Positions 12,286-28,789 of a stretch of 64,000 bases of DNA are shown piece after piece. The DNA is from the human T2T-CHM13v2.0 reference genome, Homo sapiens. The position numbers were made by a program, and so were the translations under genes. Under the pieces are notes generated by a model. That model was not told the DNA's origin. It worked only from the letters and a program-made list of their open reading frames with translations, and did no database searches. Each line of letters starts with the position of its first letter. Position 1 is the first letter of the stretch. Location: the NCBI RefSeq assembly GCF_009914755.1, contig NC_060945.1. The stretch is one strand, 5' to 3'.

Positions 12286-14057
12286 ATCATTCCCAGGCTT
12301 TTATATGATGACTCTGTCCAGTAAATTCTGTCTCACAGTAACATATTTCAAAATAAATAAAAAGAAGGGCTTATAAGCAAAGACCTATAAAGGTGCCCTA
12401 CTGTTACTTGCAGAAAAGCAGTAGATTCCAAGAATAGAGTCTTGAGCCTTCAGTGTTACTACTCTTTTAAATAACATTTGTTTTTTTTCTAATTTACAAA
12501 TAAATACACATTTTTCCTAAAGGCAAAATTGAAAAAGAAAAAGAAAAATATCACTCAAAACAAGAGGTAACAATTCTTAACGTTTTTATTTTGTTTTCTA
12601 CCAGTCTACATCTATGAAGATACATGCTTTTCTTTCTTATAAAATTTGGACCACAACACATGTGAATCTTTGTTCCCGTTATTAACTATTTCCTTTGGAT
12701 GGTTCCCAAGAGTGAAATTACTCCATCAAAGAGTAGTAACTCTTTGAAGGCTCTTCATAAATTCGTCTGCATCTTTTGAGAAAATCTGTACCAATTTAAA
12801 ATGCCATAAGTAGGGAATGAGAATACTTATCTTGCAGCAGCCTCCCAAGCACTAAATGTCATTATCTATTCAAAATCTTTGCCAAATTTCATTTATTTGA
12901 TTATTATTGATGCGGAATTATTTTTTAAATATCTGATTAGCCATTTGTGTTTCTTATTTTGCACATTGTATTTGTCAGGAAAACTTTGAGCCGCAAGTAA
13001 GAGAAAATATGACTTCCAATGATAGAAACAAAGAATTTTTTAAGAAGTCTGAAGAATTTGGCTTTAAGGGTTGGTCCAGCAGCTCAGCAATGCCAATGAC
13101 AGTTTTTCTGCCAATCTTATAGCCTCTCACACATGTGGGCAAAATGGCTGCTGAAGACCCAGCATCTCATCCTTATTCAAGCCAGAAAGAAGGGAGGAAG
13201 AACAAGGCAGCCATATCTGCCCCCACACACTCCTCACAAAGATTTCTGCTTATGTTCCATTGACCAGAATTATGCAACATGTCTACCCTAGCCACAAAAG
13301 AGCCTGGAAAAGATTATTAGTTTTTCCAGCCTCTATAATGGAGATGGGCAAGAGTGAAGGGGGCTTGAAAATGGATGTTGGGTTACTCAGCAGTCATGGT
13401 CTAGTCATTTGCACATCTTCACCATAAGTTTTTTTCGTGGTGATATTTAAAATACCAGCCAGCCTCCCTGGCAGTCCCTGGAGAAGCATTAGCTATTATT
13501 GAATAAATAAAACTACTGGTGATTATCTTAGTCCATACTACATAGGTTGACCACATGAGAGGCAGCTGGATCACTTGCCTAAGTCTGCATTTTCAAAGCA
13601 GCAGTCTCCATGTGACCCATATACTGATGGGAAACCAGTTTCTTCCTCAGTTCATGACACCTAAATGCATTTGGCATGTTTCTTCACGAAAGCCATCATG
13701 AAAAATTTCTTATATTTCTGCATGTCATACAGATGGGGGAAAATCACATCTTTATTTTGGTTGCACTCTGTCCTCTGGGGCCCTGAAGAGTGAATACCAT
13801 ACATACCACACAGCCTATATATTCTATTGGACCCTCCCAAGCTCACTCTCCAAATTTTATCTGAATTCATCTACAATTATACCTGATGGTACAACTGTTG
13901 AAGAAGTGGAAACTCAATTTCAAACTATATAAATGGATAGAAATACTTTCATATTTTCCTGATTATATATTACTTAATTTTATTAAGGCTGTTCTTTGAA
14001 ATACAGGCATCTTTTTATTTTAAAAAAATTAAGGTAAAATTTATCATTATTTTCATG

Positions 14058-14310
14058 GTGAGGCAGCACAGCGTTTGGGGAAGAACTACTATCTGGGTTC
14101 CAATCCCGGATTTGCTGTTTCCCATGGGGAACCACGGCAGTTATATAACCTCAGTTATGTCTTAGTATCCTCATTTGTTAAATATGGTAATATCAATAAT
14201 ACCAAAAACATATAATTTATGAGAAGATTAAATAAGATAACTTGCATAAAGCCCTAGCTCAGTGCCTGGTACCTGATCAATAGTTAATGATGAATTTTTG
14301 TTAGCATTAT
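14058..14310 (+). mobile_element. MIR
   Basis: GAGGCAGCACAGCG...CTGGGTTCCAATCCCGG...AAAGCCCTAGCTCAGTGCCTGGTAC. Confidence 0.7.
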
Positions 14311-15211
14311 TAGATTATTGATATGTGTGTGATATATATGTAACATGAGGATGATATACATTAATATTTTTATGTAGCTCATTATTCTTCTGGATTTATT
14401 TCAATGTATATGGGAGAATCTAGTTAAATCTTTTTTCCAAGTACAGTTAATTTTTCTATCACTACTTGTTGAGTAATTCATTCCTTCCCCATCGGTTTGT
14501 GGCATTTTCTTTCTTGTGTATAGTTCTGTTTTTATATACACTAGAATCTATTTGAACACATCTTACCTGATACTATAGAATGTTACAACAGTAACCTGTC
14601 ATTTTAGTTGCTGGTAGAATCATTCATAGTATGCCGAAGACTGCTTAAAAATTTGTAGAACCAAATCAATTTGGATTGTTACTTTAAATTATAACAAAAA
14701 ACAATCCAGAGAAATTCAGAAGTCAAATACAATAAGTGAATTATTTGTTTTTAATCTAGGAGGAAAAGCATTGAGAGCTTAGTATGTACTAGGCACAGAA
14801 CTAATAGTCCACCCATTACCCATGTGCAGTTATGCCCACTGTACAGTTGAAGAAGTGGAAACTCAGTTTCAAGTATATAATTGACTGAGTCAAAGAGACT
14901 GAGGTAAGAGAAGCTCATCACACAGTCACAGCAGAGCCGGGACTCAGTCCTAGCAGCCCAGACTCTGAAGGGCTCTGCTAGGTGATCCCTTCACTGATCT
15001 CTGCGTATACGAAGAGTCTCTAAGCATAAACAACATGGAAAAGAATAACAGAGAAATATGTCAGCAGATTGGACTAAATAACAAATATATATATATATAT
15101 ATATATGCCATTTTGCCCACATGCGTGAGAGGCTATGAGATTGGCAGAAAAACTGTCATTGGTATTGTTGAAATATATATATATATGTGTGTGTCTTAGA
15201 AGTAAATAACA

Positions 15212-15238
15212 TTGGCCTTTTGGCTACAAGCAAGTGTA
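15212..15238 (+). pseudogene. 3'-truncated U2 snRNA retrocopy fragment
   Basis: TTGGCCTTTTGGCTACAAGCAAGTGTA matches U2 nt 9-35 at 23/27; flanked by degenerate 14-bp direct repeats (15198-15211, 15238-15251). Confidence 0.6.
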
Positions 15239-15400
15239 AAAGCAAATGACAATGTAGGGAAATATCTGTTACAATAAGAAAAAAACTTAGAAATTTATCG
15301 TGGAAACTGATGAAAAAACACTAATGACGTCAAGGGCAGAAACCATAAAAGAAATGATTAACAGACGTGGCTTGATAGTCATTTAAGCTTTTTCTTATCA

Positions 15401-15750
<350 letters not shown>

Positions 15751-15759
15751 TTAACTAAC

Positions 15760-16600
15760 CTGATTAAAATGTACTCCAACAAAGATAATACACACTCAGT
15801 ATCCTTTTTAAATAATTCTTAATAAATTTTGTCAAAACAAAAGACAAGCAATTCAATGTGAATATGAACAGAAATGTGTAAAATTTTTTCACAGAAAGAG
15901 AAATACAAATTGACAATTGACATACAAAAAAAAGTTAAATTTCACTCACTTATAATCAAAGAAATGCAAACAAGGATAATAATGGAATTTGTTTTGGTTT
16001 ATCCAATTGGCAAAGACAATAAACACATAACTCCTAATGTTGATGAAAACATAGAGAATGAAACATTCTCATGTAGACATTCCTTACAAGAATATAAATT
16101 GATATAAGCTTTTTGGAGGGCAAGTTGGCCATGTGTGTCAATGACCACAAGAATTTGCATACATTTTTCCCAGCAATAATAGGATGTTTAAGGAAAAAGT
16201 TTAAAGTTAAAGGAAAAAACTATGGGTATGCATGGTGATTTCTCTTTGCTTTATTTATAATCATTAAATATTAAAACCACCCTAATGTCCAACAATATAG
16301 GATTGCAATGAAGTAAATAAAATATGATATATTTATACAGAGGGGAAACTGATGCTTTAGAAGAATATTTAGTGATATGAAGAAATACCTGACAGTGTGG
16401 AAATCGTCAATATAGTCACAAAATAGAAAATAATGCATTGACTAAAAATGGCATTGTGGAAACTGTGGTAAGATGTTCACAATTTATATTTGAATATAGT
16501 AAGCAACAGATACAGAATTATATGGTATGATCCTATTTGTAAAATAAAATGTACTATATACACATAATTTTGTATATATAAAAAAGTTACTAATTTACTT
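15760..16600 (+). mobile_element. Ancient L1 (L1M-type) 3'-region fragments
   Basis: A-rich; CACTTATAATCAAAGAAATGCAAA and TATAAATTGATATAAGCTTTTTGGAGGGCAAGTTGGC resemble the ORF2 3' end and 3' UTR. Confidence 0.65.
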
Positions 16601-17036
16601 ATTTTCTAAGTTTATTCTAAGTTTTCTGTAATAAAATGGGATTCAGTTTCAGGACAAATACTATTAGGTGCAAAACGTCAAGCATTACTTCCTCTTTCTT
16701 GCTAACTAAACCCCAATATTATCCACACAGCCTGAATTGTCCCAGGGCATGAGTAATGACTGGTCTAGGCTTAGAGCGGACATGATTTAAAATAATGCTA
16801 ATTAAACAATTTTCAAGAGAAAAAGCACTTTAAAATTTTTTGAGAAATAAGGAAGGTGTCTTTGTCTGCTCAGTCTGCTATGACAAAATACTATGGACAA
16901 GGTGGCTTATAAACAGCAGAAATTTATTTTTCATAGTTGTGGAGGCTGGGAAGTCCAAGATTAAGTTGCCTGTAGATTCAGTGTCTGATGAGGACCCACT
17001 TCCTGGTTATAGACAGATGTCTTCTGCATCTGTCCT

Positions 17037-17843
<807 letters not shown>

Positions 17844-18369
17844 TCCTCACATAGAGGAAGCTGAGGAAGCTCTCTGGGGCCTCTTCTATAGGGGCATTAA
17901 TCTCATCCATGACGGCTCCACCTTCATGACCTAATCACCCTCCAAAGGCCCCACTTCCACACACACCACTTGGAGTTTAGGATTTCTACATATAAATTTT
18001 CGGGAAAGGACAGAAATATTCAGACCGCAGCAGAAGGTCTAAGTATTTTTAAAAGAAAAAGAAAGGAGAAGACAGAGGAAGAAAAGAGGAGAGGAGGAAA
18101 AATAGAAGGAGAAAAAGAAATCAAGAGATGTAAAAAAAAGTCACATTTAATCACACTTGGAATCAGAAAACAACAGAGCCACAGTGACAACCATGTGATT
18201 TAGTGTGGGGGAAAGTGCAGCAAGATTTCCTGTGGGGGGATGTAGCAGCACAACTTTTTAAATAAGCAACTTTTATGGAAAAAAATTTGACTTTACCATT
18301 TTTCGTATATTCTGATTTGGTAATTTCATTCTCGTCATCTGTCCTGAGAAAATAATCTGTGGGCAACGC

Positions 18370-18715
<346 letters not shown>

Positions 18716-19679
18716 TAAATGTCCAACATGAGGGAAGGGGTCACTCTGATGGGGTTCTATATCCTTCTTCAAACATGATTATCGAGAGATCTAAATAGCA
18801 GGAAAATGTTTGAAATACGATTTTTCAGGAAAAAAAATAAAAAAAATCAACAATGTATAGGGGGGAAAATGTCCAGAAATAAAAGTGGAAGGAAATATGC
18901 CAATGTATAATGAGTTGGCTCAGGAATAGAGAGAAAATATCATTATTATTTTTTTACTACTTGGTATTTGTATGTTTCTAAATTCTGTATAATGAGCATG
19001 CATTTCTTTGAAAACATCAGAATAAAAGTAAATTAAAAGATGTAGTAATAATTATATCAAGAGATCCCTTCTTTGGTAAGAAAATGGGTTGACTTTGCTA
19101 TGCCTGCTAGACATTATGCTGTGGCAGAAGTAATCAACCTGCATTGTATTCTGAGTACTTCCTCCAGAAAACAGCTCTGATAAGCAGTCCAATCTCAGAG
19201 GAAGGTGAAGAAGGGCATCACAAAAGTGTCCTCCAGTATCCCTGTATTTCTGTCTGTTTTTATATCAGCTGCTCCTGCGAAACTCCTATAACAACCACTA
19301 AACCAGCCCCAAAGCTGGTGGAGTCTAGTGAGATATTCATTTCAATGGATTTGAGCTTCTGTTGTTTTAATGTGTATGTCTTGTGTGTCAGTAAGTGAAT
19401 TTCTGTGTAGTAGAATAAATAGATTTTTCCATTTTTTCCTGCAATGCCTGTATATTACTCTAATCGGAAAGATGGGACCACATTTTTAAAAGAATATTGT
19501 TAGAAAATAATTGAAGGGGCTTTAAAAGTAAAGATCAAAAGGGGAAATATTTCTATTTTTTTCTCAAATAAAATGTCAAAAGTGTTTCAGCTTTGAGTTA
19601 GCATTCAACCGTCCTGCAATGCTTTGGAGAGTGAGAAAAGGTGTGGCATATCTCCCAAAACACAAAGAAGAATATATTA

Positions 19680-19811
19680 ATGAATGTATTGTCTGTGGCC
19701 GTTTCATACTACAACACCAGAGTTGTGCAGTTGCTACAGACTGTGTTTGGCTTACAAAGCCAAAAACATTTATTATCTGGCCCTTTGCAGAAAAGGTTTA
19801 CTAAACCCTGG
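19680..19811. mobile_element. MER58-type hAT DNA transposon fragment
   Basis: AAAGCCAAAAACATTTATTATCTGGCCCTTTGCAGAAAAGGTTTACTAAACCCTG terminus. Confidence 0.75.
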
Positions 19812-20846
19812 CGTTACATGTCATGACATTAAAAACACTTGAGTTTGCAAAATCTGTCTTAGAGAAGATAGATAAGTTTCTTTCAATAATGCTGCTTTTA
19901 GAAATTCAACCTTAAGCTTTCTTGACAGAAGCACATTGAATCAATTTGGATTGCCTCTGGCTGCAAGGAACAGGAAAGCCAACAGTGGCTTATAGACACA
20001 GGGTGAACTCAGCTCAGGCAGGACAGACTCTCTGGTGCCATCTGGCTGTTTCCAGCTTTTCATCCTTAGCAAGAGGTGCTTGTCTGTGCTTTTGCCTTAA
20101 GGTCACAAGGTGCTGCTGCACCACAGTCCTCAGGCTCACCATCCAGCAGGAAAGAGAAAGAAAAAGATAACTAGAACAAAGGCAGAAAAGCAATTCCTTT
20201 TTATTCTGGAGGGCCTCCCTTTCCTGCGATTTACAGCTTCTTTTGAATGCCCTGTTATGTCGTATGGCTTTTGGAAACAGCAGAGTTGCCTGGGTGAGTT
20301 ATTTTTCTTTAACTAGGCATGTTGAGGCCACAAACCATATGAGGGTTTTGTTAGATAGAAAGGGGACGACATGTACATTGGATGGGCAGCTGATGGTGTC
20401 TGCTGCAAATATATACAGCATCACCACCAAGAAGCCTATGTATTGATACATTGAATGTATCATCTGCTTTCAAATTGTTTTACTGCAAGCAGTAAAATGA
20501 ATGCAAACCCCTAGGTACTGACTAAGCTTGTCCCCTGTCCTGCCTAGTTGTCAGCCCTGTTTCCTAATATGAGGCTGTCCTTTCTAGGGTCCTTTGAACT
20601 CCCTTCATATCTCTCCCAGACAAAAGCTCTAAAGGCGGAGATAAAGCTCCTGGGGCTGGGAGGGCACAGCCACCCGCCCTCAGCAGCACATCTGTTCAGG
20701 GATATGAAGTACCTTCTCCTTGCTATAGAAGCCCCTAGTTTTAGTGGGTCAGTTTACTTTCCCCCATCTCCTCCAAGGACAAATAATTTGTATCTGTAGA
20801 GACTGCCCTTGGCCTTGTCTTCGGTAATCCATACTCTGAGTTATTT

Positions 20847-20876
20847 GGTGGGGGGAGGGGGGGGCGGGGGGGGGGG
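20847..20876 (+). repeat. Near-pure poly-G tract
   Basis: GG T G6 A G8 C G11. Confidence 0.95.
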
Positions 20877-23084
20877 CGCATTCATATCTCATGGCTCCTT
20901 AAAGAAGTTCCAAAATCCAGACACATGACCGACTCCCTGGTCCCTGCAATTTTAACTCATCTAGAAGAACCACTCTTGATTTCTGAATGGTTCCTCCATT
21001 GTACCATAGAATTCTGACAGGTATTTCTTAATTAACCGTTCAAACTTTCTTCCCTGAAGAGTTTAACAGCACAAAAACCCAACAAAATATGCATAATCTT
21101 TAAATAAACTCAACAAAGTCTGCTTCATAAAAGCATTACACTTTCCAAATTCTTTATTCCTTCACCCACTTCTTCAATATTTATGAATTATAGATGTGGA
21201 AGAGGATTTATCATGATAAAGTATCTATATTTCAAACCCACCAGTGATTTACTTCTCAGGGGTGACCAAAAAAGATGCAGATTGATGTGCAACAATTGAA
21301 CACAGGTGGGAGTGTCCACCCTCTGCCACTGTGCTAGTTATGCACGGTGTTGTTCCGTTTCCATTGTCTCTCCAGGAGCCACCTTGAGACTATTTGTTGG
21401 ACATGCTCTTGCTGATTCACTCACTGCCATCATCCAAGGCAGAAGATACTGAGAATCATACAAACAGGGACCCATTCCAGAATTCTAAAGGGCTAAAGCT
21501 GAAAATGACTTTAGTGATTCCCTGAGCAACTTTCTAATTTTAGAGACTAAAACCCCCAAACCCAAAGAGGCTGAGATCCCCGAGCCTCTCCCCCAAGTTT
21601 TAATTGGTATGTTACATTAAACAATGTAATTTGGCTGTGTTCTGTCTCCCTGCATTGGACTAGAATTGGCCTTGAAATGAGTAAATACAAAACGATACTA
21701 TGGTGCATTCACGTGTTCAATATTCTACTAACACAAAGATAATAAAACAGAAAGAAAATAAGATTGAACTAAAATATCCTCCCCCTTTGCCAATTGTGCT
21801 CCCCTCCCACTGCTGCCCGAGTTATAGCCCAGAGCCCAAGATCTCTGTCTGCCAGCTGTCAATGCAAAATTCTTTCCACCCATGGTGGTGTTTGCCATGT
21901 GTAGGCAGGGGCAGTGGGAAAAAGTTTATAGAAACTTTGACTTCCAGTCATCACTTGTAAGTGTTCCATGCACATTCACACAGTCAACCAAAAGCATATG
22001 TTCCGACAAGTTCACACTCTCCCACTGCCCTCCCCGGCATCCTCAGGGTTATGTAGAAGAGACTAGAACAGAAAGCTGTTTCTGGTTTTTGTTTTTGTTT
22101 CTATTTTTATTCTTTATTTTAAAGAAGGTAGTTCTTGGAAGCAATTGGCTAAACTTCTCACCAAAAATTAAGATTAAAAAACACAATGGGTGACCTAAAG
22201 AGGCCAATCAAGTAGTAAGGAAACCAGAAAATGCCAAATAACCAAGCATAGCATTATTCTCAAAGGGGGTGGAAAGTCTATACAGAAATTAAGCCCAAGA
22301 AATACTGAGTTGATTTACAGCTGATCTAACTAATGCATTTCAGAGGGAGGAACAACTCTCCTCCCATGACTATATCTCATGAGTTTGCAATGCATATTAT
22401 AAATGATGCAATGAGAGACGGGATCCATATTTCCTGGTGTTAACTCTTGGAAAAGAATGTGATCATCTAAGGGTTGCAAAGGAGATTCTTTATCTGTGCA
22501 TTAATATCTAAGTTACTGGTGTTTCTGAGGTTGGAAGGCATTTATCTTGTTCAAGCCATTTCTTATTCATCATCATCATTGTCATAATAAAAGTAACATT
22601 TCTTGATTGCCTGCTCTACTTAAAGGCAAATTAGATCTTACTGGAGCAAAGTCTCTCCGGGTCAGGATTGTTGGGCTTGATGCTGTGAACACTCTCCTGG
22701 CTGAGGTCCTAAGCAGATCACTCAGCTGCTACAAATGTTCTACCTTCATCAAACAAGAGCCTAAATTGTGTAGGATTTTTGGCTTTTAGGGTGTGTTTGG
22801 GAACGTATTTTCTTCAACATCTGTTGAACCGGCCACTGTAGATTCATTGAGTACGAGAACAGTCATTCCCCAGGCTCTCCTGTCAGTGTACATCACGTGG
22901 TTTGGCATTTGCACAACAGAGAAATAAGCAAGTTCATTCAAGATGAACTAAGGAATACACTGATTGCACCAGTCACACACCAGAGTTATTGATTTCATCA
23001 CGGTTCATAACTTGTAAGTAACAGTAGCTATAGTAATTGACATCATACTTTATATGCCACAGGTCAATTGCAGAGATGATTTAC

Positions 23085-23560
23085 CTGTGTTCAGTAGCTA
23101 CCCTAGTGATCTCTATCTCCTGGTATTCACATGCAACCTGAACAGGGCTGACTGGTATTGCCAAGAGGATATTGTAGAAATAACTGTGTATGACTTCCAA
23201 GTCTAGCTCACAAAATATATTGCAGGTTCCATTTTGTTCTCTCCTGGATTACTAACTCTGGGGAAACGAAGCCACCATGTTGTCAGGACACTCAAGCAAA
23301 GACAGCCCTTTAGAGAGGTTCACAAAGACAGGACTAGTGGTATCCTGCCACCAGACGAGAGGGCCATATGAATGAGCCATCTTAGAAGCTGAGCCTCCAA
23401 CCTCAGTCAAACTTTCAGAAGACTGCAGCCCTGGCCATTGTGACTGAAATCCCAGGAGATGCCCTGAGCCAGAACTACTCAGCTAAGCCACTTCTGAATT
23501 CCTGATCCACAAAAACTTTCATATAGTAAATGTTTACTGTTGAAATTTGGGATTTTTAAA
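23085..23560 (+). mobile_element. MLT1F-like LTR
   Basis: TGATCTCTATCTCCTGGTATTCAC...GACTGCAGCCCTGGCC...CAGCTAAGCCACTTCTGAATTCCTGATCCAC. Confidence 0.75.
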
Positions 23561-25107
23561 GGCATCAATGGGTAACCTTGTAACTCATGAGCAATGATAA
23601 CTAACGTCGTAGTTAAAAACAACAGTACAGAGGCAGAAAATTTGAGTTCCATTACACAAAAAGACAAAACAGGCCTAGGGGAAGAATGGAACTGATGTTT
23701 CATGTGAATTTCACTTATGCCCTTGTTTGGTCTAGTCTACTTCTGACAAGCACAAAAACTAAATAAGGAAATTGGGTTTACGGCAGCTAAGTAATAGTCC
23801 AAGAATCCACAGAAGTAGTGAATGGCAAAGCTCAGATTCAAACACAATTCTGTCTGCTTTCAAATTCCCATGCTCTATCCCTGTATAAAGATAAAAGCTT
23901 CTCCCAAGATCAATGAAATCTGAAATACTCATCATTTATCACTCTATTCATTCCAGAAAAAGTTTACACGTCTATCATCAGAAATAGTGTTTTATGCCAT
24001 ACAAAATGGGCCATTGTATCCACAACACAAGGCACATCAGCCTCAATGTGGTTTGCTGAATGCACATTTCAGTTTGTTTCTGCACCACGTCTTCCTGTGT
24101 GTTCTGAAACAAAAGTGCATTTGGCAAGAATAAGGCAAAAGAAAAATTGCTAATAGTGAAGATATTGCTCCCACCACCATCTTAGATGCACCAGTTAATA
24201 CAAAGTAGATCTGAGACACAAAGCCTACCCAGTCTGGAAGATATGAGACTGTGGTAGGCAGGTCCCAGAGCCGAGAATCAGAAGAAGGGTACTGCTAGGC
24301 AGATTTTGGCAATGGCAGTTTGTGACCAACAGCAATTCCCTGCATTTGTTTTGGCCTCAGTTTTGCCATATGTGAAATGATGGTAATGTACTCACTGGAT
24401 GTTCCCTAAGATCCACTCAGGCATCCTATGTTATACATGCATATGCACAGATGCGCACACAAGGCAGGGACTTGGAGAGGGAGAGAGGGAGAAAAAGAAA
24501 GAAAAGATAATGTAGCTATTTGTTATTTGCCTGCTCAGTATTCATTGCTGCCTCTTTGGGTCATAAGGCCTGATTTGTTTTTATTGCAAAGCCGCCCCTC
24601 TTCCTCTTCTACTCTTAGTCCGTGACCCTGGGTGAGTCTCAACTCAGCTCTAGGAGTGGAGAATGTAACTCAGGCTTGGCCAATGAAAGCACTGGCATTC
24701 TCCACCTTGATGATTAGGTCAGGGATGGATGCATGACCTAAAGGAGTCCTGTTAAAATAAATCTCAGGACATCGGCAGGAGCTACACTTTCCCAGTGAGA
24801 TTGAATCTGGAAGGTTGTTGGCTTTAGTTAGAGTTGCCATAGTCATTTTGCCACCAGTGGTAAAGTCAGTGAAAGAAGAGCCAAGAGACAGAGAGAAACT
24901 AAATCCTGATGACTCACCGGCGTCCCAAGACCAATGATTCTAAGCAGGAATTCTCTTTCAGGCAGTGTTTTGGTTTGGGCTTCTGCACAAGCGGATAATG
25001 AGACAAGATTTCTAGTACAAGTAACTGATTTGGGAGATGATCCCAAGAAAACTAATAGGGAAGTGGGGCTGTGAGACAGAGAAGGGAATGAAGCCAATAA
25101 GGGATGA

Positions 25108-25581
25108 TGCGGTAGGCAGAATTTTGGCCCCTAAAAATGTCTGCATCCCAATCCCCGGAATCTGTGACTATGTTAGGTTACAAGTCAAAGGTGAATTAAT
25201 GTTGCAGATGGAATTAAGTTTGCTAATCATCTGACCTTCTGATAGGGAGAATTTCCTGGAATATTGAGGTGGGCCTAATGCAATCACAAGTTCCTTAAAG
25301 GTGGAAGAGGGAGGTCAGAGTCAGAGAGAGATTTGAAGATGCTGTAATACTGGCTTTGAGGATGGAAGACGGAGTCACAAGCCAACGAACGCAGGCGGCC
25401 AGCAAAAGATGGAAAAGACAGGGAAACAAAATCTTCCCTGCAGACTCCAGAAAGGAATGCACCTCGCTGAAACCTTGATCTTAGCCCATTTCTGACCTCT
25501 GAGCTTCATAACCATAAAGTAAGAATATTTTAATCCACTTAGGTTGTGGTAATCTTTCACAGCAGCCATAGGAAACTAACA
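25108..25581 (+). mobile_element. MLT1D-like LTR
   Basis: TGCGGTAGGCAGAATTTTGGCCCC...ACAGCAGCCATAGGAAACTAACA. Confidence 0.85.
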
Positions 25582-25794
25582 TGAGTGTGTTGTCAAGTCA
25601 GTGACTGTATGGGCAGCTGGAGCTCCATCCCGCTGGGAAGCTCTGACAGACAGTGCAGGGCATGCTTCAAAGTGGCTTCAATCCCAGGTGAGAAAGCTGG
25701 GGCATTCGTCTCCCAGCCCACAGTCATCTGTGGTTGAGGGTTGTTTCCAGGCACGCTATCTAGCACTTCCATATTGTCAGAGTGGTATTCATAG

Positions 25795-26258
<464 letters not shown>

Positions 26259-27256
26259 TTATCATTATAATTGGGGGCTTCTACTAGTATTTATTGGCTG
26301 GAGCTGGGTATGTTGAACAACCCACAATATTTGGGATAATTCTGTACCAAGATTTATCTCACCCAACATGCCAGAAGCACCTCCTTAAGAAACACTGGCT
26401 GAGACCAAGCCGCTCTCCTCCTAGGCCATTGCATCAGACTAACCAATGTATTTCCTTCCTCCGTGAGCTGGGTTGGAATGAATTCCTCTTCACTTAGCCC
26501 AAAGAACTTCAAGTGCTACTCGTAGATGACAGAGAGACAGAGATATATGGAGATCTAGGTATTCCTTTCTGTAAAAATGTCCAACAATTGCTTTCAGAAG
26601 AAAAGAGAAAGCCAGCAATCCACAACAGCTTGGACTAGATTCCCATCCATTCTTCACACTTTTTTGCACAGTGTTGAAAGCAACGTAAAATCAGCTCAGC
26701 CCAGTCAGAACATTCTGTCATGAAGTAACAGAGACGCATTCCAAAAAGAAGGAAAAGGGGATTGCAACGTGCTTTTTTACTCCCCAAAGCACATACACCA
26801 TAAGCCGGTAAATGTTCAAAGATCAAAACAAGAGCCAAGCAACCTGCTACCTAAAGCCTGTCCTGCTAATGCCCATGTCAGCAAATGAAGGACAGTGAGG
26901 GAGAAAGACGTTGAGATTTTTAAATGGAAAGGATGGGGGGAAGAAAATACTTTATTTTCTTGCTTTAAAATACTCTGTGGAATTTTTCAGCACCTGTAAC
27001 CTTTAATCAGCCTTCCACTTGAACTCTGGAGTGGAAGAAGCCGTATTATCAACATGCGTTTCAGAAGCAGGTGACCCTGAAGGAGGGATGCAGAGGGGAG
27101 AATCTGGGAAGCTGATGGGACAGGCCCAGGGTGACCCATACATCACTTCTCTCAGGCGCCCACCTTAGCGAATTTCTTAAGATACTTCCTGTATTAGCCT
27201 CCTGGGGCTGCCATGACAAATGACCACAAGCTGAGTGGCTTCAAACACCAAAATGT

Positions 27257-27853
<597 letters not shown>

Positions 27854-28404
27854 TGTATTCTCTCCCAGTTCTGGAATCTTGAAGTCTGAAATCAAGGCGT
27901 TGTCAGGGCCCTGGTCTCTCTGAAGCCTCTGCTAAGGTCTTTCCCTCACCCTTAGCTTCTGGTGGCTGCCAGCAACCCTTGAATATCCCTTGCTGTATAG
28001 ACATATCGCGCCGGTCTCTGCCCGTGTTGTCACGTGGTCTTCTCCTTGTGTGTGCATGTCTCTCCATGTCCAAATTTCTGTCTTCTCATAAGAACACTGG
28101 TCATTGGATTTAGGGCCTACTCTAACCCAGTACAACCTCATCATAATGTAATTATGTCTGTAATGACCCTATGTCCAAAAAGAGAAGCTCTTTGTCAATG
28201 CTCAGCCAGTCTTCATCTAGCTGTCATACCCTGGGCATTTCTTCTAAGTTCCCTGCCTCTGAGTGGAGCCTCGTTCCCTGGGTCCCGAGAGCCTTTCCTT
28301 CCCTTCCCAGTTCAGTGCTACAAGCCGGGTGCCCGAACTCTCTTGTCAACTGCCTTCTGGCTGAGTTTGGCTGGTGGAAGGCACTGGCAGGGAAGTGGTT
28401 GAAA

Positions 28405-28480
28405 TATTAGGTTAGTCATATTAAATCACCAATATCTGAACTTTTTTTAACCTGAAAAGGCAATTTCATATAATTGTAAG
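28405..28480. mobile_element. MADE2-like mariner MITE
   Basis: TATTAGGTTAGTCATATTAAATCACC...AAAAGGCAATTTCATATAATT, degenerate 80-bp inverted-repeat element. Confidence 0.55.
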
Positions 28481-28789
28481 TAGTTTTTGTTTTGCTGGTT
28501 GGACTTCAATTGATAAGGAATTGAGCTTAGCTGTAAAGATTGGCCCTGCTAGAAAGATTGGCCAGCAAAGCTGAAAGTCATTCCCCAGTAAGAAGTAAAA
28601 ACTACCCATTTTTAGTTCAGCGTGGGCTAATTTATTGATCATACTCTTTAATTCCCTCCAGGACAAATCGGCCTTGTTAAAACTGCTAGGAAATGAAGCA
28701 GACGTTGTCAGGAGCAGCATGTTATTTAAGAAGTGAAGGAAATATTGGTTTGATTTATAATAATTTGCATTAATGGTTTTAAATCATAA

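Noticed and set aside
15874-16107. 77-aa ORF with faint L1 ORF2 similarity
   Set aside because: Remnant of a heavily decayed L1, not a functional CDS
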